NCBI GenBank assembly: GCA_964429815.1
Contig: CAYSCM010000001.1
Location: forward strand, 128,001 to 192,000
Direction of reading: 5' to 3'
DNA: 64,000 nucleotides
Source: an uncultured Candidatus Saccharibacteria bacterium
Lineage (GTDB): Bacteria > Patescibacteriota > Minisyncoccia > Phycocordibacterales > CAYSCM01
Positions 9,090-18,888 of the stretch are shown here, piece after piece (the stretch's first letter is position 1; each line of letters starts with the position of its first letter). The notes beneath the pieces were generated by a model that saw only the letters and a list, made by a program, of their open reading frames with translations, had not been told where the DNA came from and ran no database searches. Position numbers and translations under genes: made by a program.

Positions 9090-9884
9090 CTACCGTATCT
9101 CGTAGGTGATGGTGACGTTGCTCGCGTAGCGGTTCTGTCCTGCCGGGATTTCCGGAGCCGTCGACGGTGCCCCTCCCGCCCCGTACGCGGTCGCCTTATC
9201 GAAGTAGACGGGTCCACCGTTTTCGTTGAAGGAAACGATGCGCACAAGGCGCACCCCGAGCTCCTGCGCGAGTTCCTGCGCGCGGCCCTTAGCCTGCGCG
9301 ATGGCCTTCGTGCGAGCCTGATCTTTCGCCACGTCCTCATTGTCGAGCGTGAAGGAAACGCCGCTGACGTTTTCGACATTGAGCTTCCCGACCCCGGCGA
9401 GGAGCATGCCAACCTTGGCGGTGTCATGCACCTTCACCTCAACGCTCTGGGACACCTCGTAGCCGATGAGCGTCTGCTTCCCCTGCGGGCACGGATAGGC
9501 GAAGCACTGGATGGTCCCGTAGTCGTATTTCGGGTAGATAGCGTAACCCGTCGTTTTGATGTCTTTCTCGTTGATGTTTTGCGACTTGAGATAGGCTAGC
9601 GCGTCGTTCATCTTTTTGGTCGCCGCCGCCTGCGCTTCAGCGGTCGTTTTCGCACTCTGCACTACTGAAAAGGAGAAGGTGGCGACATCAGGGGTCGCAT
9701 AGACTTCGCCTTCCCCCTGGACCGTAATGGTGTTGGTGGGGGCAACGCCCGAGCCGATGTAGCGCAAATTCATAAAAGCGCCGACCGTGAGAGTGAGGAG
9801 GTAGAAGCCGAGGACGACCATGGTCGCAAGCGCCGCACGCGACAGCCACAGTTTTGTTTTTGGATCTGCCGACTGATCAAACAT
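9090..9884 (-). CDS. SIMPL-domain (DUF541) periplasmic protein
   Basis: N-terminal TM/signal, then a SIMPL-like pattern (TITVQGEGEVYATPDVATFSFSV...AKDQARTKAIAQAKGRAQELA). Confidence 0.75.
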   Translation of the reverse strand: MFDQSADPKTKLWLSRAALATMVVLGFYLLTLTVGAFMNLRYIGSGVAPTNTITVQGEGEVYATPDVATFSFSVVQSAKTTAEAQAAATKKMNDALAYLKSQNINEKDIKTTGYAIYPKYDYGTIQCFAYPCPQGKQTLIGYEVSQSVEVKVHDTAKVGMLLAGVGKLNVENVSGVSFTLDNEDVAKDQARTKAIAQAKGRAQELAQELGVRLVRIVSFNENGGPVYFDKATAYGAGGAPSTAPEIPAGQNRYASNVTITYEIR

Positions 9885-9980
9885 AGAAAATAGTTTTAAT
9901 GACTGAGTGAATTGAGTTAATAAAGTATAACGCATCCGTGTACGCAGAAGATGACGGAATAATGAAGCTTCCGTTACCGG

Positions 9981-10643
9981 CTATTGTCCGGACGTCGAGG
10001 TCCCAAGCATCGTCGCCGAATCAAGAGCGCTCTCCGGACCGCGGTTCTTGTAGCGCAAAATGAAATCTCGAAGGCGCTGTAGCTCGTCGAGGGAAGTCGT
10101 CGCCCCCGCCAGATTGAACTTGTCGAGCCTGCCCCACGCGGCGGCGGCCACGTCGGTGTCGTTTTCATTGCGGCGCGTGACAATAACCTTCACGCCATCA
10201 AGAAGCCCCTTGAGCGCTTGAATTGTCGTCGATGAGACGGAGCCCTTATAGGAAATCCATACGTCGCCGTGCTCAAGGTTGTGGACGACGCGCATGTCCG
10301 GAAGCCCGCGGCCATAAAAACCGACCGGTGCCGGCGTGGCGAAGTGAGGTCCGGAGGTCGGGGGGTTGCTGTTGTAGGTAGTGGGTCGCGGCGAACCTTC
10401 CGGAATATGCTCCCGGCCCACGATAGTGTATGCGATGCTCCTGTCGGGGCCTTTCGGAATCTCGGCCGAGACGGCGCTCCAGAGCGCGTACCCAAGCCCG
10501 ATAAAGACAAGGAGGGCGACGCCCCACCCGATGAAACGTCCTGTGCCACGGCGACGGACCGAGGCTCCCGGTGTCGTCGGCCTTTCTTTTTTTTCTTGGG
10601 CGCGACGCGCTTCGTACTGCTCTTTGGGTGTGAGCTCTGCCAT
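9981..10643 (-). CDS. DUF3105-like membrane-anchored protein
   Basis: SGPHF and HNLEHG motifs typical of DUF3105; N-terminal TM helix. Confidence 0.7.
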   Translation of the reverse strand: MAELTPKEQYEARRAQEKKERPTTPGASVRRRGTGRFIGWGVALLVFIGLGYALWSAVSAEIPKGPDRSIAYTIVGREHIPEGSPRPTTYNSNPPTSGPHFATPAPVGFYGRGLPDMRVVHNLEHGDVWISYKGSVSSTTIQALKGLLDGVKVIVTRRNENDTDVAAAAWGRLDKFNLAGATTSLDELQRLRDFILRYKNRGPESALDSATMLGTSTSGQ

Positions 10644-10690
10644 GCGTAAGAGCCTAGCATAAAAAAGCAGCCTCGACGAAATCGAGGCCG

Positions 10691-11158
10691 CTAGAATGAC
10701 GGCACGAAGAAGTCTATATGGTCAAAATCGCCGGCACGGTTTCGATAGTAGACGTTTGCCTGTATTTTCTCTCCCGCAAGAAGTCTCGGTAGAAAGTGGC
10801 GATCCGACTCAAACATGCGCTCGTACGGCAGCTCGGCGACGTCGAACCACCGCGGAATCATGTCGTTCGTCTCGCGCGGTTCGCCGGTGAAATAGTCTGT
10901 TTCGTACACGTGCGTTTCGAAGTCGGGAACTCCTGCCGCGAAGAATACTATGATGCCGACTCTCCGAAGACGTCCTTCGTCAAGGAATATCCCGAGCTCT
11001 TCCCGCACTTCGCGCAGAAGACACCCCGTAAGGCTCTCGCCCGCTTCCTGTTTCCCCCCAGGACCAACAATCACGCCCTTGCCGATCTCGCCCTTTTTCT
11101 TTTCTCCGAGCAGGAGTTTGTCACCTCTGCGAATATGAACCAGCGTTGCTACTTTCAT
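10691..11158 (-). CDS. Nudix hydrolase
   Basis: Nudix box GGKQEAGESLTGCLLREVREELG; hairpin terminator downstream at 10664-10685. Confidence 0.88.
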   Translation of the reverse strand: MKVATLVHIRRGDKLLLGEKKKGEIGKGVIVGPGGKQEAGESLTGCLLREVREELGIFLDEGRLRRVGIIVFFAAGVPDFETHVYETDYFTGEPRETNDMIPRWFDVAELPYERMFESDRHFLPRLLAGEKIQANVYYRNRAGDFDHIDFFVPSF

Positions 11159-11182
11159 GGGCTTCTCCTTTCTGCATACATT

Positions 11183-11896
11183 CTAGACACCGGCGAGACG
11201 TATGACAACGTAGAGCAATCCAATACCAATGAGCGTCATCACCGTGGTGAGGCGCATGGGGTGTGCGTGATGGCTCTCAGGAAGCAAATCGGCAGCGCCG
11301 ATATAGAGAAAGAATCCGGAAAAGAGCGCGAGGAGCAGACCAAGCGATGTCTGAGGTACGCTAAAGAAAAAGGTCGAGAGAACACCGACGACAGGCGCTG
11401 CTGCATCTACCAACAGCCAGTGAAAGGCGCGACGCCGATCACTTCCGCTTCGTAAAATCAGATTGACCGTATTGATGCCGTCGGAGAAATCATGCGTTAG
11501 CACCGCCGCGGCGACGATAAGCCCGACAGCGGAGGAAACCTGGAAGGCAAGTCCGATCGCAATACCATCAAGAAAACTGTGGAACGAGAGGCTTCCAGCT
11601 CCGAAACTTCCTCGATGGGTGTGCGCGTGATCTCCCCCGTGGGCATGATGTAAAATGAGCCTATCAAGAACGAGATAGAGAACAAATCCTAGGGCCATGA
11701 TGGAGACAATAAATGAGGGCTTGAAGGTTCCGCCAGCAAGCTCGAGAGCTTCAGGGATAAGATCAAAAAAGGCCACCGCGATAATGGCACCCGCAGAAAA
11801 CCCTAGAACAAGATGGAGACGATCCCGCAACCGTAGAGCAAAAATCCCGCCAAGAAGTGTGGCGCCACATGCAGCAGCGGCGATGAGGTAAATCAT
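11183..11896 (-). CDS. ZIP-family divalent metal transporter
   Basis: Multi-TM protein with a His-rich loop HHAHGGDHAHTH and HSFLDGIAIGLAF / HDFSDG motifs. Confidence 0.75.
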   Translation of the reverse strand: MIYLIAAAACGATLLGGIFALRLRDRLHLVLGFSAGAIIAVAFFDLIPEALELAGGTFKPSFIVSIMALGFVLYLVLDRLILHHAHGGDHAHTHRGSFGAGSLSFHSFLDGIAIGLAFQVSSAVGLIVAAAVLTHDFSDGINTVNLILRSGSDRRRAFHWLLVDAAAPVVGVLSTFFFSVPQTSLGLLLALFSGFFLYIGAADLLPESHHAHPMRLTTVMTLIGIGLLYVVIRLAGV

Positions 11897-11911
11897 GACG
11901 TGAGCGCTCTC

Positions 11912-12355
11912 TTAGTATTCCCCAAGTGGGAGCGGTTTCACAGGGGTCATAAATGCACGCGGATCGCGCTTCCAGACATCAGAGATATCGGCGTAAAGCT
12001 CGAGCTCATTGCCGTCCGGGTCCCGTATGTAGAGACTGTGGGTCACACCGTGATCGCTTGCACCGACGATCTCGACCGTTCCTTTAAGCTCTTGGTACAC
12101 GGCCCTGAGCGCTTCGGCCCCGTCGCCGATTTTAAAACCGATGTGGTAGAGACCCGGCTCGGGAAAGGCTCTCTCCGGTGCCCTACCCCCTACTTCTATG
12201 AGGAGCAGTTCATGGTGGGTGCGGCCGGAAGAAAAAGCGGCAGCTCCCGGGAATCGGCCTATTTCTCGAAAGCCGAGCGTGTCGCGATAAAAATCCGCGC
12301 TCCTCTTTACGTTGCTTACATAAAGCACCACGTGCCCAAGTTCCTTGATCTCCAT
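11912..12355 (-). CDS. VOC-family (glyoxalase/bleomycin-resistance/dioxygenase) protein
   Basis: ELGHVVLYVSNVKRSADFYRDTLGF and a C-terminal second beta-alpha-beta-beta-beta module. Confidence 0.78.
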   Translation of the reverse strand: MEIKELGHVVLYVSNVKRSADFYRDTLGFREIGRFPGAAAFSSGRTHHELLLIEVGGRAPERAFPEPGLYHIGFKIGDGAEALRAVYQELKGTVEIVGASDHGVTHSLYIRDPDGNELELYADISDVWKRDPRAFMTPVKPLPLGEY

Positions 12356-12416
12356 TAGGTTAGCGAGCGTCCTTTGACTGCTCGAGTCAGGATGACACTC
12401 ACAGTGTAACGCGGAT

Positions 12417-13133
12417 CTAGTATCCGGCGAACTCCTCAAAGCGGATGTCGTCTTCGGAAACGCCTACGCCGGAGAGCATCTTATGCATGGCAGCGACCAT
12501 CCCTAGCGGACCTGCTATGTAGAAAATCGCAGCTGTGAGGTCGCCGAGGTGGCGCCCGAGCATTGCCTCATCAAGATAGCCTCTCTCCCCGCTCCACGAT
12601 TGCCGCGATTTTTCCATATCAGTCATGGTTGCTATGAGGTGAAAGTTTTTATGTTCGTCCGCAAGACTTTGAAGATCGGCAAGGAAGGCAGTGTCTTCGG
12701 GGCGTCTGTTGGAGTAAAAAAGGCAGAGTTCGTAGGGAAGTTTTCGGTGGAGGGCATCCTTAATCATCGAGAAAAAAGGCGTGATGCCGATGCCGCCCGC
12801 CAGAAATACCGCCGGGCGTTTTTCGTTGGTGTGGAGGCGAAAAGAACCCATCGGACCCTCAAGGGAAAGACCCGTACCGATCGCCATACTTTTGAGCGTG
12901 CGCTTGAAGGCTGTGTCCCGCATGCGGGTCGTTATACTAAGTTCGTGCTCATGTGGAGCGGAGACCAGTGAAAAGGTGCGCGTATTCCCCTCCGCATCGG
13001 TCTCCGGTGGGTTTTCGAGGGTGAGGTCGATCGTCTGTCCCGCGATATAGGTGAGCCCCTCCGGCTTTTCAAAATAAAAACGCATCGTGCCTTCGGCAAC
13101 AGTTTCCCTATTGGTGAGTTTTGTATGCATCAC
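12417..13133 (-). CDS. FAD/NAD(P)-binding oxidoreductase (ferredoxin-NADP reductase-like)
   Basis: RTFSLVSAP (FAD binding) and FLAGGIGITPFFSM (NAD binding). Confidence 0.82.
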   Translation of the reverse strand: MMHTKLTNRETVAEGTMRFYFEKPEGLTYIAGQTIDLTLENPPETDAEGNTRTFSLVSAPHEHELSITTRMRDTAFKRTLKSMAIGTGLSLEGPMGSFRLHTNEKRPAVFLAGGIGITPFFSMIKDALHRKLPYELCLFYSNRRPEDTAFLADLQSLADEHKNFHLIATMTDMEKSRQSWSGERGYLDEAMLGRHLGDLTAAIFYIAGPLGMVAAMHKMLSGVGVSEDDIRFEEFAGY

Positions 13134-13281
13134 TCTATTTTACCTGGGTCAGAGGGGTGCAGTTAATACGACTGACTTCATGGCCATTCTATCAGATCCC
13201 GAGTACATGGCGGGGGTGAAGGAGAAGTTGAACATCATAGCCACCCTCCAAATTATGGCGGAGCGAGTGTAGACTAACGTT

Positions 13282-14097
13282 ATGGAAGATGCCGGCCCCA
13301 ATCCTTCAAACATTTTTAAAGGCACGGCTTGGTACTACGCTCGGTATCGTCGCCCTTACCCAAAGCAGTTGTTAGAAGATATTGCTTCCTACTACCATCT
13401 TGATGGAAAGGGTCGCCTTCTCGATTTGGGCTGTGGAACTGGTGAGTTGACCACTCCTCTCGCCTCTTATTTCGAAAGAGCCACTGGCCTAGATCCGAGC
13501 TCAGATATGCTGGCAGAGGCGAGGTCAAAAGCAAAGGAACAAGGCGCCCTAAATATAACTTGGACACAAGGCAAAGCAGAAGATCTCGACGAAAGTTATG
13601 GGTCTGTGCGTCTCACAACAGCAGGAGTTTCTTTTCATTGGATGAAACAGCCTGTTGTTTTTGAGAATGTTTATCGCATCACAGAAAATGCTGGAGGAAT
13701 GGTGATTATTGGCGACACGTCGCCGGTGCGCGGCAAAGAAAAAACCGAGGATTGGAAGATGAAGCGCAAGGAACTGATCGTAAAATATCTTGGCGAAGAT
13801 AGGCGCGCCGGGGATCACCTGCACAAAGATTTTATTCCGAAAAAACGGCCATTTGAGGAATTAATTGCCGAGTCGCCATTCCACACTTTTGAATTTAAGG
13901 AATATCCCTACACAACAGAACGCAACATCGATGAAATAATTGGATTTTTATACTCTACGTCGTATGCCACTAAACGTCTCTTTGGAGAGAGCGTGGGCGA
14001 ATTCGAGCAGGAACTTCGCAGTGAACTTCTGAAGCTCGTGCCCTCAAACAAGTTCATTGAGGACGGCAAAGCGGACGCATTTTTCCTGCTCAAATAG
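13282..14097 (+). CDS. Class I SAM-dependent methyltransferase
   Basis: Motif I LLDLGCGTGELT. Confidence 0.85.
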   Translation: MEDAGPNPSNIFKGTAWYYARYRRPYPKQLLEDIASYYHLDGKGRLLDLGCGTGELTTPLASYFERATGLDPSSDMLAEARSKAKEQGALNITWTQGKAEDLDESYGSVRLTTAGVSFHWMKQPVVFENVYRITENAGGMVIIGDTSPVRGKEKTEDWKMKRKELIVKYLGEDRRAGDHLHKDFIPKKRPFEELIAESPFHTFEFKEYPYTTERNIDEIIGFLYSTSYATKRLFGESVGEFEQELRSELLKLVPSNKFIEDGKADAFFLLK

Positions 14098-14120
14098 ACA
14101 GTTCGATTAAGACCTATCAG

Positions 14121-14193
14121 GGGTGCCTACCCGGATTTGAACCGGGGATAACAGAGCCACAATCTGTTGTGTTACCACTACACTATAGGCACC
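14121..14193 (-). tRNA. tRNA-His (anticodon GTG) with G-1:C73
   Basis: Reverse complement GGTGCCTATAGTGTAGTGGTAACAC...ACAGA-TTGTGGC-TCTGT...GGTTCAAATCC...AGGCACCC; anticodon loop TTGTGGC; extra 5' G pairs with C73, which is His-specific. Confidence 0.88.
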
Positions 14194-14214
14194 ATCCTTT
14201 GATTATCACTCCTG

Positions 14215-14772
14215 TTAGCGATAATCGGGAGCGTCCTCTTTTATAGCAGATTGTCTGTTCGTTAGTCGAGCGAGCGCAAAGAGGATAGAAGAAAGGCGGT
14301 TGAGGAACGCCCTCGTGTGTTCGCCAACGGAGCGCTCTCCCTCATCGGCGACCGCAATGACCTTGCGTTCCGTCCGACGCGCCATGGCGCGCGCAGTATC
14401 GAAGAGCGCGGAGAGTTCCGTTCCTCCCGCGATGGAAAAAGTCGTGATGGGCGGCAATTCCTTTTCGATAGTATCGACTAGCTTCTCGATTGCCGTTACC
14501 TTGTTTTTCTCGATGGTCTTTTCCGCGCCCGCAACTTCCGCTTGCACGATGAAAAGATTCTTCTGGAGCCCGTGGACGATGTCGATGAATGGTATGCCGT
14601 GAAGTTCCCGCTTTTCCGCCTTGGCGCGCATTTTAACGACGCCGAGAAACGAATTGACCTCATCAAGAGAGCCGAGAGCTTCACTGATAGCCGAGGCTTT
14701 GGAAATGCGCTTACCCGGCTCCTCCTTGAGCGTTTTCATGGTGCCGTTGTCACCTTTGCCGGTATAGAGCAT
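14215..14772 (-). CDS. ATP:cob(I)alamin adenosyltransferase, PduO/MMAB type
   Basis: N-terminal LYTGKGDNGTMKTL and family-typical helical bundle; start at 14772 or 14787. Confidence 0.75.
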   Translation of the reverse strand: MLYTGKGDNGTMKTLKEEPGKRISKASAISEALGSLDEVNSFLGVVKMRAKAEKRELHGIPFIDIVHGLQKNLFIVQAEVAGAEKTIEKNKVTAIEKLVDTIEKELPPITTFSIAGGTELSALFDTARAMARRTERKVIAVADEGERSVGEHTRAFLNRLSSILFALARLTNRQSAIKEDAPDYR

Positions 14773-14869
14773 ACGGGCAGTATACATAGGCAGTGCATTT
14801 GTGCCATTGATTGCCGATTTGTGCCGCTGTGGTAGTCTCGCGACAGACACCGTACAGAGGAGGAGTTGC

Positions 14870-15559
14870 ATGGCACTTCCTGGGCACCGCGCTTCGTGCA
14901 CGGCGCTCTCGAATGAGGAGCGCTGTTGGTGCGAAGCGAAGCACTACGCAGAAATGCTCGCCATTTCAGCGTTCATTCTCGTTGTCGAACTTGTTGCCGG
15001 CTACTTTTCCAATAGCCTCGCATTGTTTGCCGATGCGGGACATGTGGCGGGGGATAATCTCTCCCTCATCATTAACCTCATCACTGCTGTACTCGTCGCG
15101 CGTGGAACGCGGCGTGGGAAGGTGAGACCGTGCGCGTTTCGAGCTGGGTTGATACTCCTCGTGGCCGTTATCATGTGGGTCATCGCCGAGGCAATCACTC
15201 GTTTCGGCGACCCACACAACGTCAACAGCGTGTACATGATCGCTGCCGCTCTAATATGCGCCCCACTCACCGTGGTCCAAATGCGCTCGCACGGTTTGGT
15301 CGCCGATGAGCACAAGGATGATGCACACGACGTCCAGCATCGACACTTCTTCAAGGACTTCCTCATCCACTGCTCAGTGATTGTCGGCGGAGTGCTCGTC
15401 CTGACGACCGGACTCGCCTGGTTCGACTCCATACTGTCGATTTTCATCGGGCTGTTCGTTCTCGGCGACCTCGCGCTCCACTACATGGTTCGCCATGGAT
15501 CTAAGAAATCCACCGAACATCGTGGACACAATCACTCGGGGCACCCGCATTCACACTAA
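14870..15559 (+). CDS. Cation diffusion facilitator (CDF) family transporter, TM domain only
   Basis: SNSLALFADAGHVAGDNLSLIINL signature; His-rich C-tail; no cytoplasmic CTD; RBS aggagg before the ATG at 14870. Confidence 0.7.
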   Translation: MALPGHRASCTALSNEERCWCEAKHYAEMLAISAFILVVELVAGYFSNSLALFADAGHVAGDNLSLIINLITAVLVARGTRRGKVRPCAFRAGLILLVAVIMWVIAEAITRFGDPHNVNSVYMIAAALICAPLTVVQMRSHGLVADEHKDDAHDVQHRHFFKDFLIHCSVIVGGVLVLTTGLAWFDSILSIFIGLFVLGDLALHYMVRHGSKKSTEHRGHNHSGHPHSH

Positions 15560-15628
15560 TCCCGTTCGCCACAAGCGAGCGGGTTTTCTATTTGTAGAAA
15601 TGGAAAAAATCATTATGATGTGCTGTAC

Positions 15629-15715
15629 GCGCGGGTGGCGAAATTGGCAGACGCACTACCTTGAGGTGGTAGCGCCCTTACGGGCATGGAGGTTCAAGTC
15701 CTCTCCCGCGCACCA
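15629..15715 (+). tRNA. tRNA-Leu (anticodon GAG), type II with long variable arm, CCA encoded
   Basis: GCGCGGGTGGCGAAATTGGCAGACGC-ACTACC-TTGAGGT-GGTAG-CGCCCTTACGGGCATG-GAGGTTCAAGTCCTC-TCCCGCGCACCA. Confidence 0.9.
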
Positions 15716-15718
15716 AAA

Positions 15719-15755
15719 CAAGAACGCCTTTGAGAAAAGGCGTTCTTGTTTATTT
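15719..15755 (+). terminator. Intrinsic terminator after tRNA-Leu (also downstream of convergent rplS)
   Basis: caagaacgccttt-gaga-aaaggcgttcttg then tttattt. Confidence 0.75.
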
Positions 15756-16208
15756 AACTTCCGCTGGGGTCTCTTCCGTGGGAGTCGACTCCGTTGGCGT
15801 TTCTGCCGAGGCAGCGTGCTTGGTATCGGAGGCGCTCGCCTTTTGGGAGATGACCAGGGTATTTCTCATTTGGCGGCGGATTTCTTTCGCCACCTTTTCG
15901 CGCACGTGGTAGAGCTTGGCGCGGCGGACTTTTGCGCGACGGAGCACTTCGATCGATTCGATCATGGGAGAGTAGAGTGGGAAAATCTTTTCTACCCCTA
16001 CCCCGCTCGTGACACGACGTACGGTAAAGGTTGCGCCCGGTTCGGCGCCGTGCTTTCGCGCGAGCACCAGTCCTTCAAACGCCTGGAGGCGCGTCTTGCC
16101 GCCCTCGACGATTTTTTGGCTCACCCGCACGGTATCTCCCGCACGAAGGTCGAGTGTTTTTCGCGCTTCGATATCAACAGGAGAGATTTTTACTGCCGTT
16201 TTTTGCAT
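15750..16208 (-). CDS. rplS: 50S ribosomal protein L19 with C-terminal extension
   Basis: [60 protein letters not shown]. Confidence 0.9.
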   Translation of the reverse strand: MQKTAVKISPVDIEARKTLDLRAGDTVRVSQKIVEGGKTRLQAFEGLVLARKHGAEPGATFTVRRVTSGVGVEKIFPLYSPMIESIEVLRRAKVRRAKLYHVREKVAKEIRRQMRNTLVISQKASASDTKHAASAETPTESTPTEETPAEVK

Positions 16209-16247
16209 AACGTCGCCCACTCTAGCACGGTGGGATACGCCCCGCAA

Positions 16248-16994
16248 CTAAAGCCCGATTTGAGCCGCGGCATCGGCGAAATCCGCGGGGAGCGGAGCCT
16301 CGACTAGGATGATCTTCCCTGTCGCGGCGGTAAAGGAGAGGGAGCGTGCATGAAGCGCCAGGCGCGTAAACCCAAGAAGCGGTGTGTGCTTTGGGGCGTA
16401 GAGCGCATCGCCGACGACGGGGTGATTGATGGCCTTGAAGTGGACGCGTATCTGGTGCGTGCGCCCGGTTTTCGGGCGTGCCTCGACATAGGTGACCCCC
16501 TCCCCGCGTTTGAGGACGGCGTACTCGGTCACCGCTTCCCGAAGCGCTCCCTTAGCGCCGCGTTGCGCACTACGCAATCGAAAATCTTTGCGGGAGGTGC
16601 CGATGGGACGGTCGATGACGCCACCCTCTTCCTTGATAAGCCCGTGCACGAAGGCGAGGTATTTTTTCTCGACGCGACGCTCTTGGAATTCTTTTTTGAG
16701 ATACTCGAAAGCTCTCTGATTTTTCGCAAGAATGATGACACCGGAGGTTTGCCGATCGAGTCGGTGCACGATACCGGGACGCGTTATGAGGGTACCATCC
16801 GGAGCACGCATCGGCTCCCCCACGTCAGCGAGCCCGGGGTAGCGTTCCCCCACCCAATCTGAGAGCGTCGGGGCCTTATTCCGACCATCCGCATGCACGG
16901 CGAGGCCGGAGGGTTTATTAAGAGCGAGGACATCATCGTCCTCATAGAGAACCGTCGGCTCCTTAGCGGCCCATGCGTCGGCTCCTGCCTGCAT
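16248..16994 (-). CDS. RluA-family 23S rRNA pseudouridine synthase (RluD-like)
   Basis: VHRLDRQTSGVIILAKN catalytic Asp motif; HQIRVHFKAINHPVVGD. Confidence 0.85.
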   Translation of the reverse strand: MQAGADAWAAKEPTVLYEDDDVLALNKPSGLAVHADGRNKAPTLSDWVGERYPGLADVGEPMRAPDGTLITRPGIVHRLDRQTSGVIILAKNQRAFEYLKKEFQERRVEKKYLAFVHGLIKEEGGVIDRPIGTSRKDFRLRSAQRGAKGALREAVTEYAVLKRGEGVTYVEARPKTGRTHQIRVHFKAINHPVVGDALYAPKHTPLLGFTRLALHARSLSFTAATGKIILVEAPLPADFADAAAQIGL

Positions 16995-17694
16995 ATTCTT
17001 TGAGAATGCTCGTGAATTCTTCTTTTGCAAAGGCCGGCCAATAGGTTTTCGAAAAATACAATTCGCTATAAACGCTCTGCCAGGGTAAAAAGCCCGAGAG
17101 GCGCTGTTCACCGGAGGTGCGGATGATGAGGTCGGGGTCCGGCATTCCCGCGGTCATGAGATTGTTCGCGACCACATCTTCCGTTATCTCTTCTGGTTTT
17201 AGACCTTTCGCCGCTATGCTTTTTACCGCGTGCACGAGCTCATTGCGACCCCCGTAGGCGAGCGCTATGTAGAAATTGAATTCCCCCACGCTCCCTTTCG
17301 TTTCCTCCTCTGCCCGTCTGACGATCTTCTCGGTGTCCTTCGGTAGAAGAGAAAGGTCGCCGACGACGTGGAGCACCCCACCCTCTCGTTTGAATTCCGC
17401 GAGAAACCCGCGTACCGCGACACGGATAAGTTTTTGATAGTAGGCGACTTCCTCGGCGGTGCGCTTGAGGTTTTCCGTGGAGAGGGCGTAGACGACGACG
17501 TTCTTGACGCCGGCCTCTCGGCACCATACAAGTACTTCTTTTATTTTGTTCAAGCCAGCCCGATGTCCTTCGAGTTTTGGGAGTCCTCGCTCCGCCGCCC
17601 ATCGGCGATTGCCATCCATAATGATGCCAAGCGTCATGGGCACTTTCAGTTCCGAAAGCGGTTGTTGGGTATGGTTGCGAGGCTCTAGTTTCAT
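16963..17694 (-). CDS. uppS: Undecaprenyl diphosphate synthase
   Basis: IIMDGNRRWA, ALSTENLKR, RTSGEQRLSGFLPWQSVYSELYF. Confidence 0.95.
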   Translation of the reverse strand: MKLEPRNHTQQPLSELKVPMTLGIIMDGNRRWAAERGLPKLEGHRAGLNKIKEVLVWCREAGVKNVVVYALSTENLKRTAEEVAYYQKLIRVAVRGFLAEFKREGGVLHVVGDLSLLPKDTEKIVRRAEEETKGSVGEFNFYIALAYGGRNELVHAVKSIAAKGLKPEEITEDVVANNLMTAGMPDPDLIIRTSGEQRLSGFLPWQSVYSELYFSKTYWPAFAKEEFTSILKEYAGRSRRMGR

Positions 17695-17795
17695 CTATAT
17701 TAAAACGCGGGATAAACCGCGCCGTCACACTATAGTATTCAATTTATATACGAGTCGCAAGAGAAAAGGTGCCCCAGCCTGGAACACCTTGTGGT

Positions 17796-18092
17796 TCAAA
17801 AGTTTTTGGATTCAATCCGCTCTTTTCGTGCTGGACGGGCTCGAGTCATGGGTTCGGCAGGTTCCGCTCGCCTCCACCTACCTTCCCAAAGCGACAAATA
17901 TAATGTGGCGCCAGCTCCTTCAAAATAACTATTTTTTCTTTGTTCCGCAACAAAACCGTTCAGTAACTTTTTAGCCTCCCGGATTGCTGTTTTCTGACTG
18001 ACGGCTTCAAATTCCTCGACCTTCCATCCAACATGGTCGTCCTTGTCATGTCCCCCATCCAGCACCACCCACATCCGTAAGTGGAATTTCAT
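17796..18092 (-). CDS. Hypothetical protein (98 aa)
   Basis: ORF preceded by a strong RBS (aggagg 5 nt upstream of ATG); no recognisable domain. Confidence 0.5.
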   Translation of the reverse strand: MKFHLRMWVVLDGGHDKDDHVGWKVEEFEAVSQKTAIREAKKLLNGFVAEQRKNSYFEGAGATLYLSLWEGRWRRAEPAEPMTRARPARKERIESKNF

Positions 18093-18311
18093 TTCGACCT
18101 CCTGTTGTGTGCTTCTTGCTTCGATAACCGATGCAAAAAAAGAAAGTTTCGTTGTGCGCGCTGAGGGATTCTCTCCCTACAGGAGCAGTACCCCGATTGG
18201 ATCCGCCCTGCGGATGCTCAATCGGGCTTCGAGTCCCTACGCACACTCCCCCAGAGTGTACTCCAGCGCGAAACGAAATGGCGCCGGTAAAACCAAGCAC
18301 CATTTATTCTG

Positions 18312-18384
18312 TGCGCGCTGAGGGACTCGAACCCCCGACCATCCCGGTGTAAACGGGGCGCTCTACCAACTGAGCTAAGCGCGC
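18312..18384 (-). tRNA. tRNA-Val (anticodon TAC)
   Basis: Reverse complement GCGCGCTTAGCTCAGTTGGTAGAGCGCCCCG-TTTACAC-CGGGATGGTCGGGGGTTCGAGTCCCTCAGCGCGCA; C27.A43 mismatch at the stem end. Confidence 0.85.
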
Positions 18385-18770
18385 ATTCTCGGAAGATATT
18401 CGAGAAATCTCTTGAGCGCAACTACAAAAACCCCGGCGTTACCCCATAGGAGCGGCAGCCAAAGCGGAGCTCCTAAGAAATGGGGCCGCGTGTAGTGCCA
18501 AGCGCCATAGTAGATAGCAATCGCTTCAGAGAAAGGTCCGAGGATCGCAATGACGATAAAGACGATCGCGGTAGTTCGGCTTCGCTGGAGCATGAGAGCT
18601 ACGACAGACAAAGCGCCAAGGGCCAGAACCACAATAAGAGTCTGTTGCCACAAAAAAACAGTGCAGACGAGTGTGATCGCAGAGACGCTGCAACTTCCCA
18701 AAAATCTTTTTACTTCAGACATTTTCTGGTGCACCATATCGGGAAAGATCTCGGACCGCCGTGCAAGCAA
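18375..18770 (-). CDS. Hypothetical multi-pass membrane protein
   Basis: 131-aa ORF with 3-4 TM helices; its last 3 codons overlap the 5' end of tRNA-Val, so the boundary is uncertain. Confidence 0.5.
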   Translation of the reverse strand: MLARRSEIFPDMVHQKMSEVKRFLGSCSVSAITLVCTVFLWQQTLIVVLALGALSVVALMLQRSRTTAIVFIVIAILGPFSEAIAIYYGAWHYTRPHFLGAPLWLPLLWGNAGVFVVALKRFLEYLPRMRA

Positions 18771-18888
18771 CTTTAGATATCCTCGTGCAGCACTATACCA
18801 CAGAGCTGCGGGAAGTAGAGGTTGTCGGACAGAAGGAGGTCGCCCAGTCCATGGTGAATGAAACCGAATGCCTGTTTGAGAAGTAAAA

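Noticed and set aside
10190-10660. 156-aa minus ORF in an alternative frame
   Set aside because: Overlaps the DUF3105 gene in a different frame; R/S/P-rich.
18153-18245. Second tRNA next to tRNA-Val
   Set aside because: Shares only the 16-nt 3' end; D-arm, anticodon arm and T-loop do not fold canonically, so it is reported only as a remnant.
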